A stretch of 54,102 nt of DNA from Patescibacteria group bacterium UBA3531 (GTDB lineage Bacteria; Patescibacteriota; Minisyncoccia; Phycocordibacterales; UBA3531). The notes beneath the pieces were generated by a model. It was not told where the DNA came from. It did no database searches and saw only the letters and a list, made by a program, of their open reading frames with translations. Below, in pieces: positions 9,808-19,410 of this stretch (its first letter is position 1; each line of letters starts with the position of its first letter). The translations under genes were made by a program, and so were the position numbers. The stretch covers positions 1 through 54,102 of the forward strand of contig DFOW01000002.1 of the NCBI GenBank assembly GCA_002376885.1, given 5' to 3'.

Positions 9808-10158
9808 ATGACACGCAGCAATACACGATCACTTCTCTCATTCCTTCCTATCACTCTCTTAATTATTGTGATCGCACTCTACAGCTACGGACGGGCACGT
9901 GACGTTATTTTTGGCCCCGAGATTGCTATTACCTACCCCGAGGACGGTTCTGTTTTAATGGATGATCTTTTAGTGCTTCAGGGAAACATTAAAAATGCAG
10001 CCTTTATTACCCTAAACGGACGCCAAATTTTTGTGGACGAGGAAGGAACTTTTAACGAAAAATTGTTGCTCCACTATGGCTATAATATAATTGAGATCGA
10101 AGCCGAAGATCGGTTTAATCAAAAAGAAAAAAAACGATTACAAGTAGTTTATAGATAA
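9808..10158 (+). CDS. Small membrane-anchored Ig-like (glucodextranase B-like) protein
   Basis: TM helix then [12 protein letters not shown]...[35 protein letters not shown]; ATG 9808 directly follows the ftsK stop. Confidence 0.65.
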   Translation: MTRSNTRSLLSFLPITLLIIVIALYSYGRARDVIFGPEIAITYPEDGSVLMDDLLVLQGNIKNAAFITLNGRQIFVDEEGTFNEKLLLHYGYNIIEIEAEDRFNQKEKKRLQVVYR

Positions 10159-10160
10159 TC

Positions 10161-11174
10161 ATGCCTAAAAAGAAAGCAGAGCCAAAAGAGACAGGAAAGG
10201 GAGTAGAAGAAACAGTAAAAAATCTTCAAGCAAAGTTTGGTGAAGGGTCTATCATGACGCTCTCCGAACAACCAAAAGTCGATGTAAACGCTATTAGCAC
10301 GGGTTCGTTTGGTTTAGACCTTGCTCTTGGTGTAGGAGGTGTTCCCCGCGGGCGAATCATTGAAATTTATGGGCCAGAGTCATCGGGTAAAACAACACTT
10401 ACTTTGCACATTATTGCTGAAGCTCAAAAAGCAGGTGGTGTTTGTGCCTTTGTTGATGCAGAGCATGCACTCGATCCGCAATACGCAAAAAAGATCGGAG
10501 TAAAAACAGATAGTTTACTTATTTCGCAACCAGACTACGGAGAACAAGCACTTGAGATTGTAGAGAGCTTGGTACGAAGCGGAGACATTGATGTTGTTGT
10601 TGTTGACTCAGTAGCCGCCCTTACTCCAAAAGATGAAATTGAAGGAGACATGGGCGCACACCATGTTGGTAAACAGGCACGGCTTATGTCGCAAGCACTC
10701 CGAAAGTTAACGGCAATTGTTTCTAAATCAAAAACAGTGGTTATCTTTATTAATCAAATCCGAATGCAAATTGGTGTTATGTTTGGTAATCCAGAAACAA
10801 CCCCTGGAGGAAAGGCGCTTAAGTTCTACTCATCGGTTCGAATCGATATTAGGCGACTCGCTCAAATCAAAAAAGGAGACGAGGTGGTTGGAAACCGAAC
10901 CCGTGCCAAAGTGGTAAAAAACAAGGTTGCGGCGCCATTCAAAACAGCTGAATTTGACGTTATTTATAACGAGGGTATCTCCCCCGAAGGAGAGCTCTTG
11001 GTGCTTGGAGAAAAGCATGGAGTGGTTTCAAAGGCAGGAGCATCATATTCGTTTGGAGAAGAAAAGCTAGGACGCGGATATGATAGCGCCAGAACCACAC
11101 TCAAAGGCAATACCAAGCTCAAAAAAGAGCTCATGAAAGCAATTAAGGAAAAGATAAAAGAAGCTCAAGAATAA
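10161..11174 (+). CDS. recA: Recombinase RecA
   Basis: [52 protein letters not shown]. Confidence 0.99.
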   Translation: MPKKKAEPKETGKGVEETVKNLQAKFGEGSIMTLSEQPKVDVNAISTGSFGLDLALGVGGVPRGRIIEIYGPESSGKTTLTLHIIAEAQKAGGVCAFVDAEHALDPQYAKKIGVKTDSLLISQPDYGEQALEIVESLVRSGDIDVVVVDSVAALTPKDEIEGDMGAHHVGKQARLMSQALRKLTAIVSKSKTVVIFINQIRMQIGVMFGNPETTPGGKALKFYSSVRIDIRRLAQIKKGDEVVGNRTRAKVVKNKVAAPFKTAEFDVIYNEGISPEGELLVLGEKHGVVSKAGASYSFGEEKLGRGYDSARTTLKGNTKLKKELMKAIKEKIKEAQE

Positions 11175-11184
11175 AGTAGAAAAA

Positions 11185-11210
11185 AAATACCTCCGCGACT
11201 GGAGGTATTT
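11185..11210. terminator. Bidirectional intrinsic terminator
   Basis: AAAATACCTCC-GCGACT-GGAGGTATTTT between convergent genes. Confidence 0.75.
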
Positions 11211-11244
11211 TGTTAGGACTTATAAATCGACCACTCCTTTTTCC

Positions 11245-11565
11245 TTACTCGGAAACAAATTGAGTCTGGCGTCGTCGTTCGTACATAACCCATATACCAA
11301 GTGCCGCAAATAACATCGTATACACTTGTACCGCTGGTTCTGTTTTAACAAAAGCATCCATAAGATAATTAAAGGTATTAAACACTTTCACATTCCCAAT
11401 ATTTGAAACAATGTCGGTTACCGAAACCGATCGCACTAGCTGGAAAATAAGGGCAAGCATTATGTACACTCGCACAAAAAGTGGACTTGTAACTTTACGC
11501 AAAAACCATACTGCATAGACTCTGCGCATAATACTTTTTTGTAATTGTGGCGATGTCATATTCAT
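11245..11565 (-). CDS. Small 2-TM membrane protein, candidate anti-sigma partner
   Basis: Starts 1 bp after the ECF sigma stop; two hydrophobic segments. Confidence 0.5.
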   Translation of the reverse strand: MNMTSPQLQKSIMRRVYAVWFLRKVTSPLFVRVYIMLALIFQLVRSVSVTDIVSNIGNVKVFNTFNYLMDAFVKTEPAVQVYTMLFAALGIWVMYERRRQTQFVSE

Positions 11566-11566
11566 A

Positions 11567-12139
11567 TTAAATATTGTTTGAGTTTAAAAGAATCTTTTTA
11601 AATTCTTTTTTGGCACGCGATACTCGTGTTTTTACAGCGCCTTCTGTTATTCCCTCTTCGTCTGCAATGTCGGCATGTGTTCTCCCCTTCACAAAATATA
11701 ACGTAAAGACACGCGATAAGTTACGGGGCATCTTAGAACACACCGTTACAATTTGATCTTCAAAAAAACTTGCGTGTCCTAACTGGTGCGGCGTTTTGTC
11801 GGGTAAAATCTCTGCAATCTCTGGGTCCAAATATGTATTCCGGGCATGGTCTTTTTTAAACTTTTGGTAATACGTAAGTGATGTGTTTACCAAAATACGA
11901 TACCCCCACGCATTAAAGCTCCCTCCCTCTACCTCGCGAAAGCGTCCTGCGTTCAAGTAAATTTTAGTAAAGGCATCTTGAACAATATCGTGAACTTCTT
12001 CCCTATCCCCGACAATGCGCCGTGCCTTACGCAAAAAGGCTTCTTTGTAACGATTAACAAGCTCTTCAAAAAGAGCTGGCTTTTCAATAGACAGCGCCAA
12101 GATTTCTTCGTCTGTTTTTTGCTTTGTTGCCTCATCCAT
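11567..12139 (-). CDS. ECF-type RNA polymerase sigma factor
   Basis: Region 2 (FEELVNRY...DIVQDAFTKIY...FNAWGYRILVN) and region 4 (ADIADEEGITEGAVKTRVSRAK). Confidence 0.92.
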   Translation of the reverse strand: MDEATKQKTDEEILALSIEKPALFEELVNRYKEAFLRKARRIVGDREEVHDIVQDAFTKIYLNAGRFREVEGGSFNAWGYRILVNTSLTYYQKFKKDHARNTYLDPEIAEILPDKTPHQLGHASFFEDQIVTVCSKMPRNLSRVFTLYFVKGRTHADIADEEGITEGAVKTRVSRAKKEFKKILLNSNNI

Positions 12140-12214
12140 AGGTCTGTATTCCTATCCTATATAACTTCCTTGCCTTTGAAAAGTGACGGTAGACTAAGGA
12201 CGGCAAGTAAGCTA

Positions 12215-12286
12215 GCCCCATTAGAAAATCTTAAGGTGCCAGAGTTCCAGTGATTGTAACGACTTGAAATGGATTTCTAACGGGGT
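12215..12286. repeat. TTCTAACGGG-family inverted-repeat element, copy A
   Basis: GCCCCATTAGAAA ... TTTCTAACGGGGT. Confidence 0.65.
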
Positions 12287-12302
12287 TAAAATAGTCGTCG
12301 TT

Positions 12303-12872
12303 ATGCTTGAATACAATGAAATTAAAGAAAAGAAATATATTGTACTTGATGGAGAACCATATGAGGTTCTCTCTTCACATGTATTTCGTAAACAACAAAG
12401 AAAACCCGTAAACGATGCCAAGTTGCGCAACTTAATTAGTGGCAAAGTTACCGAACGATCATTCCATCAGAACGAAAAGGCAGAAGAAGCCGACATTTCT
12501 AAAAAAACTATTAAGTATCTCTACAATAATCGTGGCGAATGGTGGTTTTGTGAAGAAAGCGATCCAAGTAAACGCTTCAAATTAGAAGAAACACTTGTAG
12601 GAGACCAGGGCAAATTCTTAAAAGAAAACTCTTTTGTTGATGGACTTTTGTTTAATGAAGAAATCATTGGGCTCAAGCTTCCTATTAAAGTTGATCTTAA
12701 AGTTACCGATGCACCACCGGCCGTAAAAGGTAACACAGCACAAGGAGGCAACAAACAAGTTACCTTGGAAACTGGTGCTGTTATTAGCGCCCCCCTCTTT
12801 ATTAATGAGGGTGATGTTATTCGAGTTAATACAGAATCAGGTTCGTATACAGAGCGCGCAGAAAAAAGTTAA
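12303..12872 (+). CDS. efp: Elongation factor P
   Basis: DGEPYEV, PAVKGNTAQGGNK..TLETGAVI..PLFINEGDVIRVNT; start ATG 12303. Confidence 0.95.
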   Translation: MLEYNEIKEKKYIVLDGEPYEVLSSHVFRKQQRKPVNDAKLRNLISGKVTERSFHQNEKAEEADISKKTIKYLYNNRGEWWFCEESDPSKRFKLEETLVGDQGKFLKENSFVDGLLFNEEIIGLKLPIKVDLKVTDAPPAVKGNTAQGGNKQVTLETGAVISAPLFINEGDVIRVNTESGSYTERAEKS

Positions 12873-12979
12873 AACGAGCCCGAAAAATTTTTATAGTTTG
12901 ATAACCCAAATCAATAATTTTGGTATTATACGAGAGTGCGAATATGAAAATACTTTTAACAAAAAAAATAGGCGGGTAA

Positions 12980-13543
12980 ATGAAATCTCTACCACTCTTT
13001 GTAAAAGTTATTGCGCTCCTTGTTCTTGTTGGGGCGGCTGTTTTTTTAGCATTTGAGGTTCCTAACAATGACGAACTTCGCGCACTTATTCTCCAATTTG
13101 GATATCCGGGAATTTTAATTGCATCTATCATCAGTGGGTTTAACGTTATTGTTCCTATCCCAGTAATTGCTTTTGCGCCAGCTCTTGTGGCATCAGGGCT
13201 TAACTTTTGGGCAGTTATTGTAACGATGAGTGTTGGCCTCACCTTGGGCGACTTGTTTGGATACTTAATTGGAAACGTGGGCAGGGATCTTACGCACGGC
13301 AAAGAGCAAAACTTTAAGCTCGTCCGAGCTCTTGAAAACCTTAAAGAGCATCACCATTTTGCACCTTACTTTGTCATGTTTTTATACGCAGCGTTTGTTC
13401 CCCTCCCCAACGAAGTTTTAGTTATCCCCCTTGCCTTTTTGGGATACAAACTCAAATACCTCTTCCCTGCATTTTTCCTCGGAAATCTTATCTTCAACCT
13501 CCTTTTCGGCTATGCCGGAGTCACCGTCTTTTCATTTTTTTAA
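12980..13543 (+). CDS. VTT/DedA-like (SNARE-associated) membrane protein
   Basis: GLTLGDLFGYLIG and PLPNEVLVIPLAFLGY motifs, multiple TM helices. Confidence 0.7.
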   Translation: MKSLPLFVKVIALLVLVGAAVFLAFEVPNNDELRALILQFGYPGILIASIISGFNVIVPIPVIAFAPALVASGLNFWAVIVTMSVGLTLGDLFGYLIGNVGRDLTHGKEQNFKLVRALENLKEHHHFAPYFVMFLYAAFVPLPNEVLVIPLAFLGYKLKYLFPAFFLGNLIFNLLFGYAGVTVFSFF

Positions 13544-13559
13544 ACTCTCTCCCAGAAAC

Positions 13560-13670
13560 AAAGTTTGAAGTGCTGCCGCAGGCGAAGCATGCTTGGTCCG
13601 CCCAGGCGGATGCGAGCCGAGGATAAGAAAAACACCCCGCCGGAGGGTGTTTTTCGGTGCTTCAAACTTT
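13560..13670. repeat. Structured intergenic element (GCCGnA...GAGGATAA family), copy 1
   Basis: Outer stem AAAGTTTGAAG/CTTCAAACTTT; core shared with 25517-25645. Confidence 0.7.
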
Positions 13671-13684
13671 TGTTTCGAAAAAAT

Positions 13685-13882
13685 TTACTTCTCCGTATAC
13701 GGAAGCAATCCCATAAACCGCGCTCGCTTTACTGCAAGGGCAACCTTACGCTGACTCTTAGCAGAAAGATTAGAAACTCGATTTGGCATTATTCGCCCGT
13801 AGGGCGTCAAAAACCGCTTCAAGGTTTCTACATCTTTGTAATCTACGTGTTTAATATTTACGGTGGTATCGTCTCGTTTCAT
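13685..13882 (-). CDS. rpsR: 30S ribosomal protein S18
   Basis: [20 protein letters not shown]...[19 protein letters not shown]. Confidence 0.97.
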   Translation of the reverse strand: MKRDDTTVNIKHVDYKDVETLKRFLTPYGRIMPNRVSNLSAKSQRKVALAVKRARFMGLLPYTEK

Positions 13883-13884
13883 AT

Positions 13885-14334
13885 TTAAAATGGAATATCC
13901 TCTGGGTTAATATCTTCGTCTGGATAATCAATAGTATCGATCTTTTCTTCTTTAGGAGCTTGTTTTTTAGCTTGTGGTGCTTCTCCTGGTGCTTGGCCTC
14001 CATCAAACTTCCGAGGACCAAACTGTACGCGGTCGGCAATAATTTCGGTTCGGTAATTCTTCTTCCCGTCTTGTCCTTCCCAGCTTCTGGTTTGAAGTCG
14101 TCCCTCAACAAGTGCTGAGCTCCCCTTTCGCAAATACTGCGCTACTGTTTCTGCCTGACGTCCAAACACAACAATGTTGTGGTATTCGGTTTGGTCTTGT
14201 TGGTTTCCGTCTTTATCTTTGTAGCTCCTGTTTGTAGCAAGAGAAAACGAGGTAACGTTTGTTCCAGACGGAAGCGCTTTAAGCTCTGGGTCTCGCGTTA
14301 AGTTTCCAATAATAAATGTCTTGTTGAGATACAT
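13885..14334 (-). CDS. ssb: Single-stranded DNA-binding protein
   Basis: [21 protein letters not shown]-terminal EDIPF. Confidence 0.98.
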   Translation of the reverse strand: MYLNKTFIIGNLTRDPELKALPSGTNVTSFSLATNRSYKDKDGNQQDQTEYHNIVVFGRQAETVAQYLRKGSSALVEGRLQTRSWEGQDGKKNYRTEIIADRVQFGPRKFDGGQAPGEAPQAKKQAPKEEKIDTIDYPDEDINPEDIPF

Positions 14335-14335
14335 A

Positions 14336-14923
14336 TTAATTTACAAGAAGTCCTTCGATTTCTTTATCGAGTTCTTTTTCATCTACAGGACCCTTACCTT
14401 CTTCTTTGGTAACTTTTGGTTCCTCGTCTTTCTTTTTGTAAACCCTTCGAGGTGCTGGTTTAATAACGTGGGTCTCTTTTGTGGTTTTAATAATTAAAAA
14501 CCGAACAATGTTGGTGTTTTTATCAAGCTCTTCTTTAACTTCGTTAATCTTTTCTTGCTCTAAAGTAAATTTGGTCCATCCAAAGTAGGCATCTGTGTAG
14601 GTAGTATTTTTGTTTGAAATAGATGAAACCACAGGATATGCCAAGGTAATCTTTTTGGGAGCGCCATCAGCAATAGATTCTCCTCCACGACCTGTTGCAA
14701 GTGCTTTAACTTTAGCAGCTTCTGCTCCTGCTTCTTCTTCAGTAATTCCTGGGACAATAAGATAAGAAACCTCGTAAACACGGGGTTCTTCAGTCATGTC
14801 TTCGCCTGAGAGATCCATAACTTCTTCGTTTTCAGTTACAGGGGTCTCTTCGATTTTTGCCTCTTCGGGCGCTTTTCCTGCCTTGTCGTCAGACAGGTCT
14901 TCCTTTTTTCCTAAACCTAACAT
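14336..14923 (-). CDS. rpsF: 30S ribosomal protein S6 with acidic N- and C-terminal extensions
   Basis: YEVSYLIVP...LAYPV...IVRFLIIK; rpsF-ssb-rpsR synteny. Confidence 0.9.
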   Translation of the reverse strand: MLGLGKKEDLSDDKAGKAPEEAKIEETPVTENEEVMDLSGEDMTEEPRVYEVSYLIVPGITEEEAGAEAAKVKALATGRGGESIADGAPKKITLAYPVVSSISNKNTTYTDAYFGWTKFTLEQEKINEVKEELDKNTNIVRFLIIKTTKETHVIKPAPRRVYKKKDEEPKVTKEEGKGPVDEKELDKEIEGLLVN

Positions 14924-15022
14924 CCCAATTAGAAAATCTTAATAATTGATTATAGTATACGTAATCGACTAAATACACAACATCCCATAAAAATCCTTGA
15001 TTTGTTTGGATTTCTAACGGGA
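14923..15022. repeat. TTCTAACGGG-family element, copy B
   Basis: TCCCAATTAGAAAATC ... GGATTTCTAACGGGA; abuts the rpsF ATG. Confidence 0.65.
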
Positions 15023-15067
15023 CACGTGCGCACTATCCTAGCAAATAGCCCCTATTTTGGCAATTAT

Positions 15068-15334
15068 TTAAGGACTTGGGCATACAAATTCACAGTTTGG
15101 GCCGGTTCGTCCTACCCACGAGCCATCCGGGCATTGCATGGCATCGGCGGTACAAGCAATAGGCTCGGTTGGTGCGTTTCTATCCTTATTTTGAAGCAAT
15201 ACAAACCATCCTCCAGCAATAACAGCTGTAACAATTACAAGGAGAGTCACCCACATAAGAGCATGGGGGTGATGAACCTCATGTGTTGTCCCCTCTTTTT
15301 TTAGGTTGGGGAAGAGTTCGTTATTGTTCTCCAT
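15068..15334 (-). CDS. Small membrane protein with a Cys-rich module
   Basis: TM helix followed by ACTADAMQCPDGSWVGRTGPNCEF.CP, a motif recurrent in Parcubacteria surface proteins. Confidence 0.7.
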   Translation of the reverse strand: MENNNELFPNLKKEGTTHEVHHPHALMWVTLLVIVTAVIAGGWFVLLQNKDRNAPTEPIACTADAMQCPDGSWVGRTGPNCEFVCPSP

Positions 15335-15336
15335 GG

Positions 15337-15933
15337 TTAATTAAGGGTTGCTGTTGAGAAAATGACATGGAACGGCTTGCAGTAAATTACTACACTTCCA
15401 TATTCGTCCACGTCTACATCGTCGGGGATCTCGTAATTTTGATTTCCTTTATTTCCTTTTAATTTGCCGAGTTCAATATAATCATCCCCCACATCGCTAC
15501 GGCTCATTGGGTCAGAGTTTTTTACAAGCAATACGCGCAAATCTGGACCATTGGTTACATCAAAGTTCTCCATTCGCAACAGTCGTTCTCCATCAGGAAG
15601 ACGGTAAATTGTTGCATCTCCACTCCCCTTATGGAAACTGTCTGCATCTTTAAATTCACCGCTTGCAAGTGCCGCAGGCTCGGTCTCGGGAGTCACCCCT
15701 TCGGCTGGCATGGTTTCTTCCATAACTACGTCGGGTTGTTTGGCTGCCTCTTCTAACATCTTCATTTCAAGCTCAAATTTTTCTTCATCGGTCATTTGTT
15801 CAAACTCTTCTTCAGTTGGAACACTAAACGGAAATTTGTCCTCAACTGTTGTGCTCAAAAAGAGAGGCGACACAAAATACCATCCTGCTCCAAGAATAAT
15901 GATGACAATAATTGCAATAAGTAATTTATTCAT
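15337..15933 (-). CDS. DM13 domain protein
   Basis: GEFKDADSFHKGSG..., FDVTNGPDLRVLL, LGKLKGNKGNQNY, SVVIYCKPFHVIFSTATL. Confidence 0.9.
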   Translation of the reverse strand: MNKLLIAIIVIIILGAGWYFVSPLFLSTTVEDKFPFSVPTEEEFEQMTDEEKFELEMKMLEEAAKQPDVVMEETMPAEGVTPETEPAALASGEFKDADSFHKGSGDATIYRLPDGERLLRMENFDVTNGPDLRVLLVKNSDPMSRSDVGDDYIELGKLKGNKGNQNYEIPDDVDVDEYGSVVIYCKPFHVIFSTATLN

Positions 15934-16044
15934 CCCGTTAGAAGTTGTTACTCTTTAATATTAAATCACCATCAAAAGCCGCAGGCGTCTTCGCATTACA
16001 TTTTTCAATATACACAACAAACTTTGCGGAACTTCTAACGGGAT
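15932..16044. repeat. TTCTAACGGG-family element, copy C
   Basis: Perfect 15-bp IR ATCCCGTTAGAAGTT ... AACTTCTAACGGGAT; overlaps the DM13 start codon. Confidence 0.75.
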
Positions 16045-16055
16045 TCATATCTTTA

Positions 16056-16889
16056 TTATGCACTTAAACCAAAAAAGTTCATAGTATTGGTAACCAATTG
16101 CTTTTGTACGTCTTCAACGGGCATCTTTTTTATTTTTGCCACCTTCTCAACAATATCTAAAACAAAAAGGGGTTCGTTCCGTTTGCCTCGATGTGGGACG
16201 GGGGCCGCATACGGGCAATCCGTTTCAACCATGATTTTATCGAGCGGAGCTTCTTTAATAAGTTTTTCGTACACTCGCGCAAAGGTAATCACCCCAGTAA
16301 AACTCGTAGTGTAACCAGCACTCCAAATTTTTTGTGCAACATCTAAACTCCCTGCAAAAAAATGAAAGTTCCCTTTTACTTTTGATTCTTTTTGCAAAAT
16401 CTCAAGCGCTTCTTCGTACGGAGTATCATCTCCTCGTTCCCCTCTTGCATGGAGCATGAGTGGTTTACCCAACTCGTTTGCTAAATGGATTTGTTCGATA
16501 AATGCTTTCTTTTGTTTTTCCTTGGTATCTGTTTCTAATCGGTAATAATCTAAGCCACACTCCCCCACGGCAAGTACTTTGTCGTCCCTGCCAAGTTCTT
16601 TCACAAAACCAACATCTGTTTTAAGCGAATTAAATTCATTTTCAGTGAGTTCGTTTTTGTCGTGGTAATCTGAACCACCCGCATGAATGGGGTGGAGTCC
16701 CACCGTTGCATACATTCCCGTATCGTATTTATGTGCAAACTCTACAGCGCTTTTTGAAGTAGACGCCTCTGTCCCGACATTTATCATCCATACACCAGCT
16801 TCAAACGCCCGTTTAATAACGTCGTCACGATCTTCAGCAAATGCTTCGAAGTTTACATGAGAATGAATATCGATTGCCTTTGGTTCCAT
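16056..16889 (-). CDS. tatD: TatD family DNase
   Basis: DIHSH, VGLHP, AVGECGLDYY, LHAR, ETDCPY. Confidence 0.95.
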   Translation of the reverse strand: MEPKAIDIHSHVNFEAFAEDRDDVIKRAFEAGVWMINVGTEASTSKSAVEFAHKYDTGMYATVGLHPIHAGGSDYHDKNELTENEFNSLKTDVGFVKELGRDDKVLAVGECGLDYYRLETDTKEKQKKAFIEQIHLANELGKPLMLHARGERGDDTPYEEALEILQKESKVKGNFHFFAGSLDVAQKIWSAGYTTSFTGVITFARVYEKLIKEAPLDKIMVETDCPYAAPVPHRGKRNEPLFVLDIVEKVAKIKKMPVEDVQKQLVTNTMNFFGLSA

Positions 16890-18310
16890 TAGTCCAGTCG
16901 TTTAAAAAGAGGTTCTGGCATTTTATTTTCCTTGATTGCCATCTTAATCTTTTTTGAAGTTTCCGGCATAAACGGTTCAAGATTGATCGCAATTACATTC
17001 AATTTTTCTACAAGAATTTTGATTGTTTCTATGCCTTTTTCTTTCTCTGTTTTTATTACTTCAAATGGTTTTTCCTTTTGTATCAACACATCAACATGGC
17101 CAATATGTTCCCACAACAGATCTGCAACTTTTTGAATCTCAAACAAATCTAATTCCCCCAGAATGCCGGGGTCAATCTGTGATTTCTTGCACTCAACCGG
17201 CTTTTCAAGATGAGTTTCTGCTAGTTTCATTATTCGCGCAGTCAAATTACCCAAGCCGTTTGCCAGGTTTGCATTGTATGCCTCCTTAAAACGTTCCATG
17301 GTCATGTCACTGTCTTCAAAGGTATTTACTTCGCGAACTAAATAATATCGAAGGGCGTCTGCTCCATATTCTTTAATTATTTCTCGTGGATCAATAACAT
17401 TCCCGAGTGATTTACTCATTTTTTGCCCTCCACTGTTAATGAACCCATGGATCAAGATCTTTTTAGATGAAGGAAGTCCTGCACTCATAAGCATTGCTTG
17501 CCACATGGCGCTTTGCTGACGAAGGTTGTCTTTACCAGCAACCTGAACTCCCGGCCACCATTTTTTAAATTCTTCTTCCTTTTCTGGCCATCCAATTACA
17601 GAAATATAGTTTGAAAGAGCATCAAACCATACATACATAACATGCTCTGGGTCTCCGGGAACCTCTACACCCCACGGCATTTTCTCCTTGAGTCTTGAAA
17701 TACTAAAGTCTTGCAGTCCTCTTTCTACAAAGCTTGTGATTTCGTTCATTCGTGCGCCCGGCAACACAAACTCTGGATTGTTTTTGTAAAGTTCTAAAAG
17801 TTTGTCTTGATAGTTTGAGAATTTAAAAAAGTAGTTTTCTTCTTCAATAACTTCAATGTCTACATTTGGATGAAGAGGACATTTACCGTCGGTAAGTTCT
17901 GAATCCGTTTTTTCAAGCTCGCACCCTACACAGTATTTAACTTTGTAATTCTTTTTGTAGATATCTCCTTTCTCCTCGCACTTTTTCCAAAATGCCTGAG
18001 CGGCTTTTTTATGGTCTTCGCTTGTGGTGCGAACAAAGTTGTGTTCGGTTATGCCAAGCTCTTGTGTAAGTGCTTGAAAACGTTCTGAATACTGATCGGC
18101 ATATTTAATAGGTTCCATACCCATTTCTCCCGCGTTTCTAAAAATTTTTATTCCATGTTCATCGGTTCCGGTATTAAAAAATACCTCTCGCCCCTTTAGT
18201 TTTTGGTAGCGAGCAATAACATCCGCTTGAACAAGTTCCAAAGCAAACCCAACGTGTGGGTCCGCGTTTACGTACGGAAGTGTAGTTGTAATATAAAACG
18301 ATTCTTTCAT
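16889..18310 (-). CDS. metG: Methionine--tRNA ligase
   Basis: YITTTLPYVNADPHVG, YVWFDAL, KMSKS. Confidence 0.97.
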   Translation of the reverse strand: MKESFYITTTLPYVNADPHVGFALELVQADVIARYQKLKGREVFFNTGTDEHGIKIFRNAGEMGMEPIKYADQYSERFQALTQELGITEHNFVRTTSEDHKKAAQAFWKKCEEKGDIYKKNYKVKYCVGCELEKTDSELTDGKCPLHPNVDIEVIEEENYFFKFSNYQDKLLELYKNNPEFVLPGARMNEITSFVERGLQDFSISRLKEKMPWGVEVPGDPEHVMYVWFDALSNYISVIGWPEKEEEFKKWWPGVQVAGKDNLRQQSAMWQAMLMSAGLPSSKKILIHGFINSGGQKMSKSLGNVIDPREIIKEYGADALRYYLVREVNTFEDSDMTMERFKEAYNANLANGLGNLTARIMKLAETHLEKPVECKKSQIDPGILGELDLFEIQKVADLLWEHIGHVDVLIQKEKPFEVIKTEKEKGIETIKILVEKLNVIAINLEPFMPETSKKIKMAIKENKMPEPLFKRLD

Positions 18311-18319
18311 TGTGCCTTT

Positions 18320-19369
18320 TTAGGCAGCAGCGTGATTCTCTTCTCGCAAGTGATGCTTCTCTTTATCTAAGTCGTTGAAAAGCTCCATCAAAATTGCTGC
18401 TATTGGAATAGATAGAATGATTCCAAGTAAGCCCGCGAGCTCCGCGCCCGCGATAAGAGCAATAATTGCAATAATAGAGGGGACCCCTACCACCTGTTTA
18501 ACCACCAGCGGGTAAATTAACTGGTTCTCAAATTGCTGGATGATTACGTACAAGGCTATCACAAGAAGGGCCGAACTTGCACCCCCGTCGGTAAATGCTA
18601 TACCGACTGCCGGGATCCCGGCCAAAATAGGGCCGAATATAGGAATAAGCTCAAACATTGCTGCAATAAGGGCCAAAAGAAGCGCATATTTTACCTGGAA
18701 GATTGAAAGTCCAAGATACACAAGCACTCCAATAATAAGTGCCAAAAGTAATTGCCCTCGCATCCATAATCCAATTTTAGTTTGCGCACGCTGCCATAAA
18801 CCAATCACGTACTTTTCGTGTTTTACGGGCGTAATGATAGAAAGAAAGTTTTTAATTCCATCTTCTTGCACTGCCAAATAAAACGAGATAACAATAATCA
18901 AAACAAACGAAAGCACTCCACCAAAGACAACACTGAGGATTTGAAGGAAGTTGGATTGAAGGTCACTCACCGTTCGAGAAAGGCCGTCTAACGTTTCTCG
19001 TATCGTAAGTGTTCCTGGAAGTTGATCTCCAAAAGGAGTATTGCTGATAGTAGGAGAATCTAGATATTGAGGTAATTGTTTAGTAATTCCTTGAAGGTCA
19101 TCGATAAGTGGTGGAATAAAGAAGTAAAAGGTACCAATAAAAATACCAAATACTAAAACATACATTATAAGAACCCCTACCACTCGGGGAACCTTGTACC
19201 GTGCAAACCAGCGGGCGGCGGGCTCAATAGCGCTCGCCAAAACAACTGCTGTTAAAACAACGAGTAAAAGATCGATTAGTTGATAGAGAATCCATAACAA
19301 AATTAAGAAAAAGACTGTTTTTGCAACGGTCTCAAGCGTTATGGTTACGTTTATGTTCCGTCCTTCCAT
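18320..19369 (-). CDS. AI-2E family transporter
   Basis: WMRGQLLLA, ELIPIFGP, IQQFENQLIYP, GIILSIP. Confidence 0.92.
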   Translation of the reverse strand: MEGRNINVTITLETVAKTVFFLILLWILYQLIDLLLVVLTAVVLASAIEPAARWFARYKVPRVVGVLIMYVLVFGIFIGTFYFFIPPLIDDLQGITKQLPQYLDSPTISNTPFGDQLPGTLTIRETLDGLSRTVSDLQSNFLQILSVVFGGVLSFVLIIVISFYLAVQEDGIKNFLSIITPVKHEKYVIGLWQRAQTKIGLWMRGQLLLALIIGVLVYLGLSIFQVKYALLLALIAAMFELIPIFGPILAGIPAVGIAFTDGGASSALLVIALYVIIQQFENQLIYPLVVKQVVGVPSIIAIIALIAGAELAGLLGIILSIPIAAILMELFNDLDKEKHHLREENHAAA

Positions 19370-19410
19370 ATGTTTATCCTACTATAACTTTTAGCCCGAA
19401 CAAATACGCT

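Noticed and set aside
12160-12290. Possible tRNA or sRNA upstream of efp
   Set aside because: No cloverleaf; explained by the TTCTAACGGG element
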